DNA from: Roseibium sp.
GTDB taxonomy: Bacteria > Pseudomonadota > Alphaproteobacteria > Rhizobiales > Stappiaceae
Length of the DNA stretch: 61,416 nt
Direction of reading: 5' to 3'
Assembly: GCF_025698965.1 (NCBI RefSeq)
Contig: NZ_JAILWL010000001.1
Span: 1 to 61,416, forward strand
The position numbers and the translations under genes are program-made. Every line of letters begins with the position of its first letter. Positions within the stretch are counted from its first letter, which is position 1. The notes under the pieces were generated by a model. It was not told where the DNA came from. It worked only from the letters and a program-made list of their open reading frames with translations, and ran no database searches. Below are positions 37,373 to 46,958 of the stretch, one piece after another.

Positions 37373-38848
37373 CTACAGCTCCGCCTCCGAAAGTTCCGCT
37401 TCCTCATCCTCATCACTCTCACCATCCTGCGCTGCCCAGATTTCCTTCTTGCGGTAGAGCGTCGACGGGCTGACCTGAAGGACGCGGGCGGTCTTCGGCA
37501 GGCTGCCGCCGCACGCGTCTATGGTTGCCTCGATCATTTGCCGTTCCAGCGTGTCGAACGACTGACCGAGTGCGAGGGTCAGGCTGGGCCAGGAACCGCT
37601 TGCCGCCGCCGCGACAGGGGTGATGCCTTGCTGCGGTGAGGGGACCTGCAGCGGAACGGACCCGGAGTTTCGCGATGCGGAGGGAACGCGCCCCTGAAGC
37701 GTCGACAACATGTCCACATCAACGATTGGACCTTCGTTCAGGACAACAAGATTGCGGATTGTATTTTGCATCTCCCGGACGTTTCCAGCCCAGGCGTGGG
37801 CCATCAGCGCTTCTTCCGCTTCCACGGAAAATCCGTCGAACTGTTTCCCTTCCTCTGACGCGAATTGCGTCAGGAAATGCCGGGCGAGTTCGAGAATATC
37901 CGCCCCGCGCGCCCTGAGCGGAGGTAGTCCGATCGGCAGGACATGAAGCCGGTAGTAAAGATCCTCTCGGAAACGGTTGGCTTCAACCTCTTCCAGCGGA
38001 TCCCGGTTGGTCGCGCAGACAATGCGCACATCGATTTTCTTCAGGCTGTCGCTGCCGACTTTCTGGATCGTGCCGCTCTGCAAGAACCGCAGCAGTTTGG
38101 CCTGAAGGTTCAGCTCCAGTTCACAGATTTCGTCCAGAAACAGTGTACCGCCGTCAGCGCGGGCGGCCGCTCCGTCGCGGTCTGACGTTGCACCGGTAAA
38201 GGCACCTTTGACGTGACCGAAGATCTCCGATTCAATCAGGTCTTTCGGGATGGCCGCGCAATTGAGCGGGATAAAGGGCCGCTTGGCCCGCGGGCTGGAT
38301 TTGTGGATGGCCTCCGCGCAGACTTCCTTGCCCGTTCCGCTTTCACCGGTAATGAAAACAGAAGCATTGGAGCGGGCCACGCTTTCAATCATCTTGTAAA
38401 CCGCGGTCATCGGCAGGGAAGACCCGACAAACCCGTGATGTGCCTTGGGATTTGACGGCTGCCTGACCTCCTCGACAACTTCGGTCAGGGTTTCACGCTC
38501 AAGGGCATTTCTTGTGGTGGTCACCAGCCGTTCCTCGGCAACGGGTTTGACGAGGAAGTCGTAGGCACCGGCCTGCATGGCATCGACGGCGGTCTTGATC
38601 GAGCCGGAGCTGGTGACCACGACCACGGTCACCGGGAGTTGCTCTTCCCGAATGGTGCTGAGCACCTCCAGCCCGTTCATATCCGGCAATTGCAGATCCA
38701 GGAGTACGACGCTGACGCCGCCCTTGCGCAGCCGCTCGAGCGCCGCCTTGCCAGTCTCCACATGAAGCGTGTCAATGCCGGCCCGTGACAGATGGTGACC
38801 ATAGACGGTGGCCAGCGGCAGGGCGTCTTCAACAATCAGGACTTTCAA
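37373..38848 (-). CDS. sigma54-dependent response regulator (REC-AAA+-Fis HTH), LuxO-like
   Basis: LLDLQLPDMNG, GESGTGKE, GAFTGA, FREDLYYRL; C-terminal VSPSTLYRKKEIW resembles LuxO-type tails. Confidence 0.9.
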   Translation of the reverse strand: MKVLIVEDALPLATVYGHHLSRAGIDTLHVETGKAALERLRKGGVSVVLLDLQLPDMNGLEVLSTIREEQLPVTVVVVTSSGSIKTAVDAMQAGAYDFLVKPVAEERLVTTTRNALERETLTEVVEEVRQPSNPKAHHGFVGSSLPMTAVYKMIESVARSNASVFITGESGTGKEVCAEAIHKSSPRAKRPFIPLNCAAIPKDLIESEIFGHVKGAFTGATSDRDGAAARADGGTLFLDEICELELNLQAKLLRFLQSGTIQKVGSDSLKKIDVRIVCATNRDPLEEVEANRFREDLYYRLHVLPIGLPPLRARGADILELARHFLTQFASEEGKQFDGFSVEAEEALMAHAWAGNVREMQNTIRNLVVLNEGPIVDVDMLSTLQGRVPSASRNSGSVPLQVPSPQQGITPVAAAASGSWPSLTLALGQSFDTLERQMIEATIDACGGSLPKTARVLQVSPSTLYRKKEIWAAQDGESDEDEEAELSEAEL

Positions 38849-38879
38849 CTCACATTCCTCCTGCCGCCGGGGGTATCAA

Positions 38880-41800
38880 TCAGGCGTTGAGAGATATTCT
38901 TACACCAATCTCGTCACCTAATGCTTTCACTTCCCCTAACGTACGTTCACATGTCTCATCGAGTTCATCGACCTTGGCCATGGCCGCGGCCGATTTACCG
39001 TCTCGCGCAAGCGTGTTGATTGTGGCGGCGACATTCGTCAGGTCTGTCGCTCCGAACGTTCCCGCGACGCTCTTCAGCGCGTGGGTCGCCCGTTCCAGTT
39101 TTTCAAGATCATCGTTTTCGACTGCCTCATGCACAGCTTCGCGGCGCTTCAGTGTGTCTTCGACAAACTGGTGAAGCAGTTTTTCCTGAAGCTCCTTCGG
39201 CATGGTGCTCAGGATGTCTCGAGCTTCCGCCAGCGTGTGTGCATCTACCGGCGCATTGGATGCCGGTGTTTTGATTTCGCGGCTGCGGACATTTCTTGAA
39301 ATGCAGGAGAGCAGATCCTGCTTCTCCACCGGTTTTGCCAGGAAGTCGGACATCCCCGAGGCGATAAAGCGCTCCCTGTCTCCGCGCAGAGAATAGGCGG
39401 TGAGCGCAACGATGGGCGTATCGGTATTCCGCCGACCTTCCTTGATCATCCTAGTGGCTTCAAGACCGTCCATTTCCGGCATCGAAATATCCATCAGGAT
39501 GCAATCATAGTCGCGCTTCTGTGCCGCCTGCACGGCTTCCTTGCCATTGTTTGCGATATCGATATCGCACCCGGCTCGCTCCAGCGCATGGCTGACAACG
39601 ATCTGATTGGTTGCGTTGTCTTCGGCAAGCAGTATGACAAGACCGTCCGGCAGTTCGGCATCAACGGCTTCGCTGTTGTCACCGGTGGCGGCTGTCTGAT
39701 CTTCTGCAAGCGTGATCGGTACAGTGAAGTGAAAAGTGCTTCCGGCCCCGGGCAGGCTCTCCAGAGAGATGTCTCCATCCATGAGCTGGGCAATCTGCTG
39801 ACAGATCGCGAGGCCCAACCCGGTTCCCCCCTGCTTTTTGGTGTAGCTGCCATCCACCGTGACAAATTCTCCGAACAGGGCTTCATGCTTGTCTTTGGGA
39901 ATGCCGATGCCGGTATCTTTTACCGAAAACCGGAAAACGGGTCGGACCGGATCGTCCTTCACAATGTCAACGGTGATCTCGACTGATCCGATCTCGGTGA
40001 ATTTGATCGCGTTGGAAACAAGGTTCAGGATCACCTGTCGCAATCGTCCGGAGTCTCCGACAACGATTTGCGGAGTAGCCTCCTGTCCATTCAGGAAGAG
40101 CCCCAGACCCTTTTCCTGGGCGATCGGCATGAACAGGTCGGCAACGCTTTTCACGACCGTATTCAACCGGAAAGGAGCATTGTCGAGTTCCATCCGACCA
40201 GCTTCCAGTTTGGAAAAGTCCAGAATGTCGTTGATCAATTCCAGGAGGGAACGTCCCGATTCCCGCGCTGTCTTGACATAATCGGCCTGGCCGGGATCGA
40301 GATCGGTATCACGCAGCAGGCTCAAGATACCGAGTACCCCGTTCATGGGGGTCCGGATTTCGTGGCTCATCATTGCCAGGAACTTGGCCTTGGCCTCATT
40401 AGCGGCTTCCGCTTTTTCCTTGGCATCACGCAACGCTGCGTCTGCCGCCTTGCGCTCAGTGATGTCGCGAACATAGCCAAGGAACAGGGGCCCCTCCGCA
40501 CCGCGTGTATGCCGGATTGCAAGCTCGACGATGATCTCGTGACCATCCTTGTGCTGGCCCTCAATTTCAATGCGTTTGCCGAGAACCGGCCCCTCTCCGG
40601 TAATCAGAAACCTGGCAAGACCATCATCATGTGCCTGCCGGTACTTTTCCGGAATGATGAAGTTCGACATCTTCTGACCGACCAGCTCTTGTGCCTCCCA
40701 GCCAAAGACCTCTTCGGCAGCCGGGCTGAAATCCAGGACAACACCTTCGCCATTCATGACGATGACACCGTCAAAGGAGGCATCGACCACGTTGCGAAGC
40801 AGGTCCTCGCTGCGTTTCAGCTCTTCTTCCCGCTTTTTCAGTTCGGTGATATCGACCCGAAAACCGACAAGTCCGCCTTCGCTTGTTCGTGTTTCGATCA
40901 CGCGAAGCCAGCGTCCGCTATCCAGGTGCTGTTCCATCGGGGCGCCGGGATTGCGATGGCGCTCCATACGCAAGGACACCCAGTCTTCCAGAACGTTATC
41001 GGGGACCTGATACTGACCGCGCTTGGCACCTCCCCGGATGATGTCTTCGAATTTCGCTCCGGGTTGGATCAAATCCGCACTCTGGCTGTAGAACTCTTTG
41101 TATTTGCTGTTGCAAAGCACTAGGCGATCATCCGCGTCGTAAAGCACGAAACCGTCCGGCAGGGATTCAATGGCATCGACAAGCCGGGTCTCCGCCTGCT
41201 TCAGTTTCGCGGCGGCAGATTTTTGCTCGCTGAGGTCTCTCAAGATGGCGGTAAAGGTGTTTGTGCCATCGACCGTGCTCTCGGAAAGTGACATTTCGAC
41301 GGGATACTCATGCCCATCAAGACGCCGGCCCATGGTTTCAAGCCGTCCTCCTTCCGGGCCGCTATCGGTATTGGATCCGGCGCAGCAGTCGAACGGCAGC
41401 TCTGTTTGCGTTGTAAGCGGAAGGATGTCGCAGATCAGTTTTCCGATAAGCGCGCTTGCCTCCGTTGCGGCAAACATCTTGAGTGCAGTTTGGTTCGCGC
41501 TGAGAATCTCGCCGCTCCGGGAGATTGTCAGAACCCCGTCGAGCATGGTGTCCAAAATAGCGTTGACCTGCGCTTCGCCGGTTTCTGCGCGATGAATTGC
41601 GGTACGAAGCGCTTCGTTCTTGTCCCGTTCGGCGTCAGCGAGGTCCGCGAGTTTTCTGGTGGCACGCTGGCGTTGATGGGAAAGAACAAATGTAAGGGCA
41701 ACGGCGGCCACAAAGGCGACCGCGAGCAGGAAGATCAGGTTGTCGATCGAGGTGAGCCCGGTTCCATATAGGGCACTGGCGGGTATGACGATTTCCTGGA

Positions 41801-42380
41801 TACCCCTGATGTCCCCGACTTCCCAATCCGTTTTGGGCGATTCAGCATGCGTGTTGTGACAGGCAACGCAGCTTTCTTCCATTCGAACGGCCGTTGCACT
41901 GCGGAACACCGCGCCGTCTTCCCGTTGCTCCAGAACCTGAAATGGTTCGTCGGGTGATGAAGCAACGACTTCCAGCGCCTTGCGCTCAAACGCATCGAGT
42001 TCCCGATCCTGACGCCAGGGCCATGGATAACTTGAAAGCATGCGAATGCCGCTGCTCGCGCCGATATTCTTGAGTTCATCTTCAAGCGCCAGCGTCATGG
42101 AGACCGGAGCCGGAATTGTCAGGTCCTTGCCGTGGTAATCGTGGCTCACGGCAACATCCTGTGACGACCAGAGCTTGTCGACTACCTCTCGGGAATAGAA
42201 GGACCGCGTTGCCGACAGGAGTTCGGACTGAGCGCGCGCAGCCGCTGCGAGATCTGCAGTTCGGGCTTTCTGTCCGAAATCAACCGCGATGACATAGGCA
42301 GCGATGGCGGAAGCAGAAATAAAAACAAGAACCAGCCAGAACGTCGCGTCGTAGCTTAAGTCCTTGATCCATTTCCGCAT
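38880..42380 (-). CDS. unorthodox hybrid histidine kinase: TM-(heme c DUF3365-like)-TM-PAS-PAS-PAS-HisKA-HATPase-REC-Hpt
   Basis: Periplasmic MEESCVACH...WEVGDIRG; FixL-like PAS (IPEKYRQAHDDGLARF); MMSHEIRTPMNG; GTGLGL; MDISMP; Hpt THALKSVAGTFGA. GGAGAG RBS before ATG 42380. Confidence 0.9.
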   Translation of the reverse strand: MRKWIKDLSYDATFWLVLVFISASAIAAYVIAVDFGQKARTADLAAAARAQSELLSATRSFYSREVVDKLWSSQDVAVSHDYHGKDLTIPAPVSMTLALEDELKNIGASSGIRMLSSYPWPWRQDRELDAFERKALEVVASSPDEPFQVLEQREDGAVFRSATAVRMEESCVACHNTHAESPKTDWEVGDIRGIQEIVIPASALYGTGLTSIDNLIFLLAVAFVAAVALTFVLSHQRQRATRKLADLADAERDKNEALRTAIHRAETGEAQVNAILDTMLDGVLTISRSGEILSANQTALKMFAATEASALIGKLICDILPLTTQTELPFDCCAGSNTDSGPEGGRLETMGRRLDGHEYPVEMSLSESTVDGTNTFTAILRDLSEQKSAAAKLKQAETRLVDAIESLPDGFVLYDADDRLVLCNSKYKEFYSQSADLIQPGAKFEDIIRGGAKRGQYQVPDNVLEDWVSLRMERHRNPGAPMEQHLDSGRWLRVIETRTSEGGLVGFRVDITELKKREEELKRSEDLLRNVVDASFDGVIVMNGEGVVLDFSPAAEEVFGWEAQELVGQKMSNFIIPEKYRQAHDDGLARFLITGEGPVLGKRIEIEGQHKDGHEIIVELAIRHTRGAEGPLFLGYVRDITERKAADAALRDAKEKAEAANEAKAKFLAMMSHEIRTPMNGVLGILSLLRDTDLDPGQADYVKTARESGRSLLELINDILDFSKLEAGRMELDNAPFRLNTVVKSVADLFMPIAQEKGLGLFLNGQEATPQIVVGDSGRLRQVILNLVSNAIKFTEIGSVEITVDIVKDDPVRPVFRFSVKDTGIGIPKDKHEALFGEFVTVDGSYTKKQGGTGLGLAICQQIAQLMDGDISLESLPGAGSTFHFTVPITLAEDQTAATGDNSEAVDAELPDGLVILLAEDNATNQIVVSHALERAGCDIDIANNGKEAVQAAQKRDYDCILMDISMPEMDGLEATRMIKEGRRNTDTPIVALTAYSLRGDRERFIASGMSDFLAKPVEKQDLLSCISRNVRSREIKTPASNAPVDAHTLAEARDILSTMPKELQEKLLHQFVEDTLKRREAVHEAVENDDLEKLERATHALKSVAGTFGATDLTNVAATINTLARDGKSAAAMAKVDELDETCERTLGEVKALGDEIGVRISLNA

Positions 42381-42570
42381 GGTTCTCTCCTCTCGGCTCT
42401 CCGGTTCGGGAGGTGTACCTTTACGGAAGTTAGCTTTTTTGTGCTTGCTCATTGGTTATCAATTTTCAATTTGTTGAAAACAGGTCCCGAACGCCAGAGT
42501 ATTTGCCGGGATCGACTTCAGTCCGGTGTGCGCCTGCAAGGGCGTGCAGGCGCACATATCCCGATCTTCG

Positions 42571-44079
42571 CTAGAAATTGAAGTAGATGAACTCGGTCAT
42601 TTCAGCCAGGCGGTAGGTTTGCACCAGCGCGACGCCAAAGAGAACGGAGACGGCAGCCGCCCATCCGGCTGTCGGCTTCCAGCGAACCGGCAGGAAACCC
42701 TCCGAAGGACGCTGCGCGACCAGTTTCTTAAGGCCGAGTACCGGGTTGTACCTCTCGGTGAATTCGATGGAATTCGGCAGCAGAAACACGATTGCCGCAA
42801 GACAGATCATGGCAGCCCAGACAGGAGCAGTCCCGAAAATCATGCTGTCCCACAGGCCGGGTTCGTAAACCGTCGAAAGTCCGGTCATGCCCGCAAGGAT
42901 GTTGCTGGCGCCGGAAAATGACTCAGCCCGGAAAAACACCCATGCGACAACCACAGCCAGAAGCGTCACTCCTCGGCTCAGGATGTTTCCGACCGGTCGC
43001 GGCAGGATCGCGGGAATGTATCCTTTTTCAGCCAGGGCCGACCAGCCGTGGTTGATGGCCAGATAAGCACCGTGCAGTCCGCCCCAGAAGACGAAGGTCC
43101 AGCTGGCGCCGTGCCACAGGCCGCCAAGCAGCATGGTGATCATCAGATTTGCATAGCGTCGTATCGGACCGGTCCGGTTGCCGCCAAGCGGGATATAGAG
43201 ATAATCCCGCAGAAAATGCGACAGGGTGATGTGCCAGCGGCGCCAGAAATCGGAAATGCTGGTTGCCTTGTAGGGGGAGTTGAAGTTCACCGGCAGGCGG
43301 ATGCCGAAGAGGCGCGCCAGACCAAGCGCCATATCGCAATAGCCGGAAAAATCGAAATAGAGCTGGAATGTGTAGGCAAGGGCTCCGATCCACGCGGCTT
43401 CAAAGGGAACGCCGCTGGTCGTTTCCGCCAAATTGAACACGCTGTTGGCGTAGGGGGCTATGCCGTCGGCCAGCACGATCTTCTTGAAAAGACCAATGGC
43501 AAACAGCGTGCTGCCGACGGCCAGGTTCAAGACCAGCTTGTTCTTGAAAACAGGCAGCCGGAACTGCGGGATGGTTTCCTTCTGCATCACGATCGGACCG
43601 GCGATCAGCTGCGGGAAAAAGACAACGAACAGCATGTAGCGCGGGAAATCGCATTCCGAGATGTCACCCTTGTAGGTGTCGATCAGGAACGAGATCTGCT
43701 GGAAGGTGAAGAAGGAGATCGCGAGCGGCAGCACGAGATGCAGCAGCGGGATTTCCGACCCGGAGATAAGGTTCGCATTGCCAATGAAGAAGTCGGCATA
43801 TTTGAAGACCGCAATCAGCGCGAGGTTGAAGGCGATGCCCGCAATCAGGATGAAACGGTCGCGGATCTGTCTGAGAACACGGTGAAAACCGTAGTTCACC
43901 ACGACAGAGCCCAGAAGCAGTGGCAGATAAACCGGGGTCCACCAGGCGTAGAACACCAGCGACGCGATTGTCAGCCACCAGATGATGCCGTTTTCCCACC
44001 CCCAATGCCTGAGCACGAGGTATCCGATCAGAACCGGTGGCAGGAACAGATAGATGAATTCAAGTGAACTGAAGACCAT
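42571..44079 (-). CDS. algI: MBOAT O-acyltransferase (AlgI/DltB family)
   Basis: LPLAISFFTFQ, FFPQLIAGPI, QLYFDFSGY, DFWRRWHITLS, GLWHGA; C-terminal EFIYFNF. Confidence 0.85.
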   Translation of the reverse strand: MVFSSLEFIYLFLPPVLIGYLVLRHWGWENGIIWWLTIASLVFYAWWTPVYLPLLLGSVVVNYGFHRVLRQIRDRFILIAGIAFNLALIAVFKYADFFIGNANLISGSEIPLLHLVLPLAISFFTFQQISFLIDTYKGDISECDFPRYMLFVVFFPQLIAGPIVMQKETIPQFRLPVFKNKLVLNLAVGSTLFAIGLFKKIVLADGIAPYANSVFNLAETTSGVPFEAAWIGALAYTFQLYFDFSGYCDMALGLARLFGIRLPVNFNSPYKATSISDFWRRWHITLSHFLRDYLYIPLGGNRTGPIRRYANLMITMLLGGLWHGASWTFVFWGGLHGAYLAINHGWSALAEKGYIPAILPRPVGNILSRGVTLLAVVVAWVFFRAESFSGASNILAGMTGLSTVYEPGLWDSMIFGTAPVWAAMICLAAIVFLLPNSIEFTERYNPVLGLKKLVAQRPSEGFLPVRWKPTAGWAAAVSVLFGVALVQTYRLAEMTEFIYFNF

Positions 44080-44082
44080 GGC

Positions 44083-45309
44083 TTAGCCCTCCTGTTTGCC
44101 AGTGGCTTGCGGAATGGACCGCTCGATGATGGTGAGATTGGCTGCGTTGCTTTGCTGCAGCTCTTTCAGGAAACGCGCGCTTCCCTGGTGACCGCGGTCG
44201 GCGCCTTTTTGCGCAAGTTCGAGAGCCTTGGTCCAGTCGCGTTCGACAAACACGCCGTCAACATACAGCTTTGCGAGTTCCTCCATGGCGCCGGGATGTC
44301 CGACATTGACGCCGCGCTCCAGCAGCGCCACTGCGTCCTTCGGCTCCAGATCATATTTGTTCTGAAGATGAAGCCGGGCGAGGGCGGTCAGTGCGCCGCC
44401 ATGTTCCGCCTTGGCGGCCGTGCGAAACCAGTCGAGCGCTTCCTGGGCAGCCTTCTCGTCAGTGGAATTGGCGATCAGCATCTGCCCGAGATCGTGCATC
44501 GCACCGGCGTCTCCAAGATCGGCCGAACGCAGGAACCACTCCTTTGCAAGGGTCTGGTCAACGGCAACAAACTCGCCGTCGCGGAAGATCCGGCCAAGGG
44601 TTTTTGCAGAGCTTGCAGATCCGTCGCGGGCTTTCCTTTCCAGGCCCTCGATCGCGCGTGACGCCCAGAATCGGGCCTTTTCGACATCCGGTGTACTGCC
44701 ATATCGGCCGGTCAAAAGGATGCGCGCATAGTTTATGGTCGAGGACGGATAGCCGGCAATCGCAGCACGTTCATAATGATGGAACGCGATCATCAGGTCC
44801 CGGTCGGTGCCGATGCCGCGTTCAAAGTGTTTGGCAAGCTGCACATGTGCCTTTGGATAATCCCATTCCAAGGCTTTGGTGAACCATTGAAGTGCAATTT
44901 CTGCACATTGGTCTCCGGAGGACCGTTGGAACAGGCGGCCGAGCTCATAAGCGGTTTCCCCGCGAAACTCGAAAGAATACCGGACGGCTTCCATGAAGAT
45001 CAGGCGTGCCTGGGCGAGATCCTGTTCAACACCCCAACCGTTCTTGTAGGCCCGGCCGAGGTGAAAGAGCGCTGCCGGATGTCCGTCATTCGCCAATTGT
45101 GTGAAGACGTCCGCTGCAGCCTCCCAGCGGCCGAGTTTCTGCAGTCCGCGGGCTTGCTTGATCATCTCTTCAACCGTTGGATCGATTCTGCTGGACTTGA
45201 TGGACCTGGTATCCTGTCCGGGGAGCATTGCGATGGCGCCGGCGATCCCGAAAACGGTTCCGAGCAGAAGGTACTTCCAAAAGCGCGATTTTGATGCGGC
45301 CTTGGTCAT
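44083..45309 (-). CDS. Sel1/TPR-repeat envelope protein (AlgK-like scaffold)
   Basis: N-terminal hydrophobic anchor and about eight Sel1-like repeats (e.g. ALFHLGRAYKNGWGVEQD, AMEELAKLYVDGVFVERD). Confidence 0.8.
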   Translation of the reverse strand: MTKAASKSRFWKYLLLGTVFGIAGAIAMLPGQDTRSIKSSRIDPTVEEMIKQARGLQKLGRWEAAADVFTQLANDGHPAALFHLGRAYKNGWGVEQDLAQARLIFMEAVRYSFEFRGETAYELGRLFQRSSGDQCAEIALQWFTKALEWDYPKAHVQLAKHFERGIGTDRDLMIAFHHYERAAIAGYPSSTINYARILLTGRYGSTPDVEKARFWASRAIEGLERKARDGSASSAKTLGRIFRDGEFVAVDQTLAKEWFLRSADLGDAGAMHDLGQMLIANSTDEKAAQEALDWFRTAAKAEHGGALTALARLHLQNKYDLEPKDAVALLERGVNVGHPGAMEELAKLYVDGVFVERDWTKALELAQKGADRGHQGSARFLKELQQSNAANLTIIERSIPQATGKQEG

Positions 45310-45521
45310 TGTGCCATCCCCCTGGTCAAGGATTGTCTTGGTTGGTCCGCGGTTACGTGCCGCGACATCTTCGGGTCGTTATCAAACAGCCAGTCGATTT
45401 TCCGAGGCGCCTGATGGTTCCCATGGGGGACATTGGTGATTTCAGCGGCGACACAGGCACCGACAACAAATCCGGTCAGGCACAAAAGAGCATCCTGAAG
45501 AGCGCGATTGGGGTCAGCCAT
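45306..45521 (-). CDS. small hypothetical protein (71 aa) translationally coupled at both ends
   Basis: ATG 45521 overlaps the upstream stop (ATGGCTGA), and its TGA overlaps the Sel1 gene ATG (ATGA); hydrophobic N-terminal segment. Confidence 0.55.
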   Translation of the reverse strand: MADPNRALQDALLCLTGFVVGACVAAEITNVPHGNHQAPRKIDWLFDNDPKMSRHVTADQPRQSLTRGMAQ

Positions 45522-46782
45522 TGGCCTGCCTCCAGATCCGGCAGGACTTGCCTTCAAGAAGTTCAAGCGTTCCCTCCCTTCGCGAATGCGCCGTGTCCTG
45601 AGGCGTGACAGGGCAAACGAGATCGGTGCGTCTTGCCGTGGCTGCTGTCACATGGTCAGGATCGGGGTCGAGCAGCAGCAGCAACTCGCCGACAATTCGT
45701 CGCGCCGGAGTGGAGCTGAAGTGATAGGCGTCGGTGAAGTTGTCGAGGTCGCGTGCAAACGGAGCGTCGAAGTCGAGATCGACGACGGGTGCAAGCGTGG
45801 ACAATCTTTCCCGGAACTTGTGGTTTGCCGAAGTCAACCCGAAATCGGATATCCGACGCTGCATTTCGGAAATTGTCGGTGGGATGAAGAACACGAGGTC
45901 GACCTCGTTTTCATCGCACCAGGTGGCGATTTCCTCAACCATCTTCCACAAGTCGTCAGATTGTTTGAAGCGACGCCAGTCAGCAGCACCATTGGTACCG
46001 ACCTGCTTGGCAAACAATTGCGGCAGGTCACGTTCGAGAGTGATTTCCGGCCAATAGCCAGCCCAGTGGCCGAGTCCGTAGCCGCGGCCATGAAAGACGG
46101 TTGGAAGCACAAGTGTTCCGTGCGGTGCTGAAAGGGCGCACTGGTCGCACAGGGCCGGGTCCAGAAGTGCGTCGACCGTCAGTGTGTTGAGCGCAGAAAA
46201 TTCTGCTGCCTGCGCCGAATGAACGGGCCACAATGCCGGGTTTTCAAACATCTTGAACACACCCGAATACCGCGCCTGAAGCAGCCTCCAGCCGGTCTTG
46301 GCGACAAACCAGTTCGAGTAATAGGAGAAAGGGTCGTTTGCGAGTGCAATGGCTTCCGGTACCCGGTTCATTCCACCCTTGAAGCGCGCATCCATGCTGC
46401 GTAGCGGCAGGCTGACGATCAGGGTTTCCAGGTCCGCGGTGTCGCGCAGATACTTGAATGTCTCGTAGATTTCATAAACGGTCGCGCCGCCATAAGCGAA
46501 ATTATAAACGTCGTCCCGTCCAAGTTCCTGCCAATACTTGTCTTGCAGGGCGCGCGCGCGGCTGTCCCCAAGGATGACCGTTGGCGCTTTCAGCCGCGGA
46601 TACTCGATCATCTTGTAAAGCGGGTAATGCGCCTTGACGCTGATCTCCAGTTTGTCGAGATCAAGATCGAGCAACTGATTGTGGTCATAAGCGTCAACGA
46701 CGAGGTTGAAGGCAACCGGAGAAAGGGCCAGCATTCCGGTAAAAGCCATAGCCGCAGCGTAGAGTTTTGGTTTCAGTTTCAT
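45514..46782 (-). CDS. SGNH-like periplasmic O-acyltransferase partner (AlgJ/AlgX/DltD-like role)
   Basis: N-terminal TM helix; block I VILGDSR, block II YNFAYGGAT, block V FTDAYHF (DxxH); same operon as the MBOAT. Confidence 0.7.
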   Translation of the reverse strand: MKLKPKLYAAAMAFTGMLALSPVAFNLVVDAYDHNQLLDLDLDKLEISVKAHYPLYKMIEYPRLKAPTVILGDSRARALQDKYWQELGRDDVYNFAYGGATVYEIYETFKYLRDTADLETLIVSLPLRSMDARFKGGMNRVPEAIALANDPFSYYSNWFVAKTGWRLLQARYSGVFKMFENPALWPVHSAQAAEFSALNTLTVDALLDPALCDQCALSAPHGTLVLPTVFHGRGYGLGHWAGYWPEITLERDLPQLFAKQVGTNGAADWRRFKQSDDLWKMVEEIATWCDENEVDLVFFIPPTISEMQRRISDFGLTSANHKFRERLSTLAPVVDLDFDAPFARDLDNFTDAYHFSSTPARRIVGELLLLLDPDPDHVTAATARRTDLVCPVTPQDTAHSRREGTLELLEGKSCRIWRQANG

Positions 46783-46818
46783 TGGGTGCCCCCTTGAATT
46801 CGTTTCGAGGACCTAAGA

Positions 46819-46834
46819 AACAAGATCGGGGCCA
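46819..46834 (-). promoter_or_regulatory. sigma54 promoter for the SGNH-Sel1-MBOAT operon
   Basis: Minus strand TGGCCCC-GATC-TTGTT; IHF-like 46863-46875; three UAS-like repeats at 46885, 46909 and 46931. Confidence 0.6.
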
Positions 46835-46958
46835 GACGGCAGGTCTTTTAAAAGATGATATAAAACAACAGGTTGGAGAATTGTTTTCAATTCGGGAAGG
46901 AAAGCTGGTTTCGATTTTGGGGAGAAAACTTTGCAAAATGGGAAGTCTGCGGCAGACA

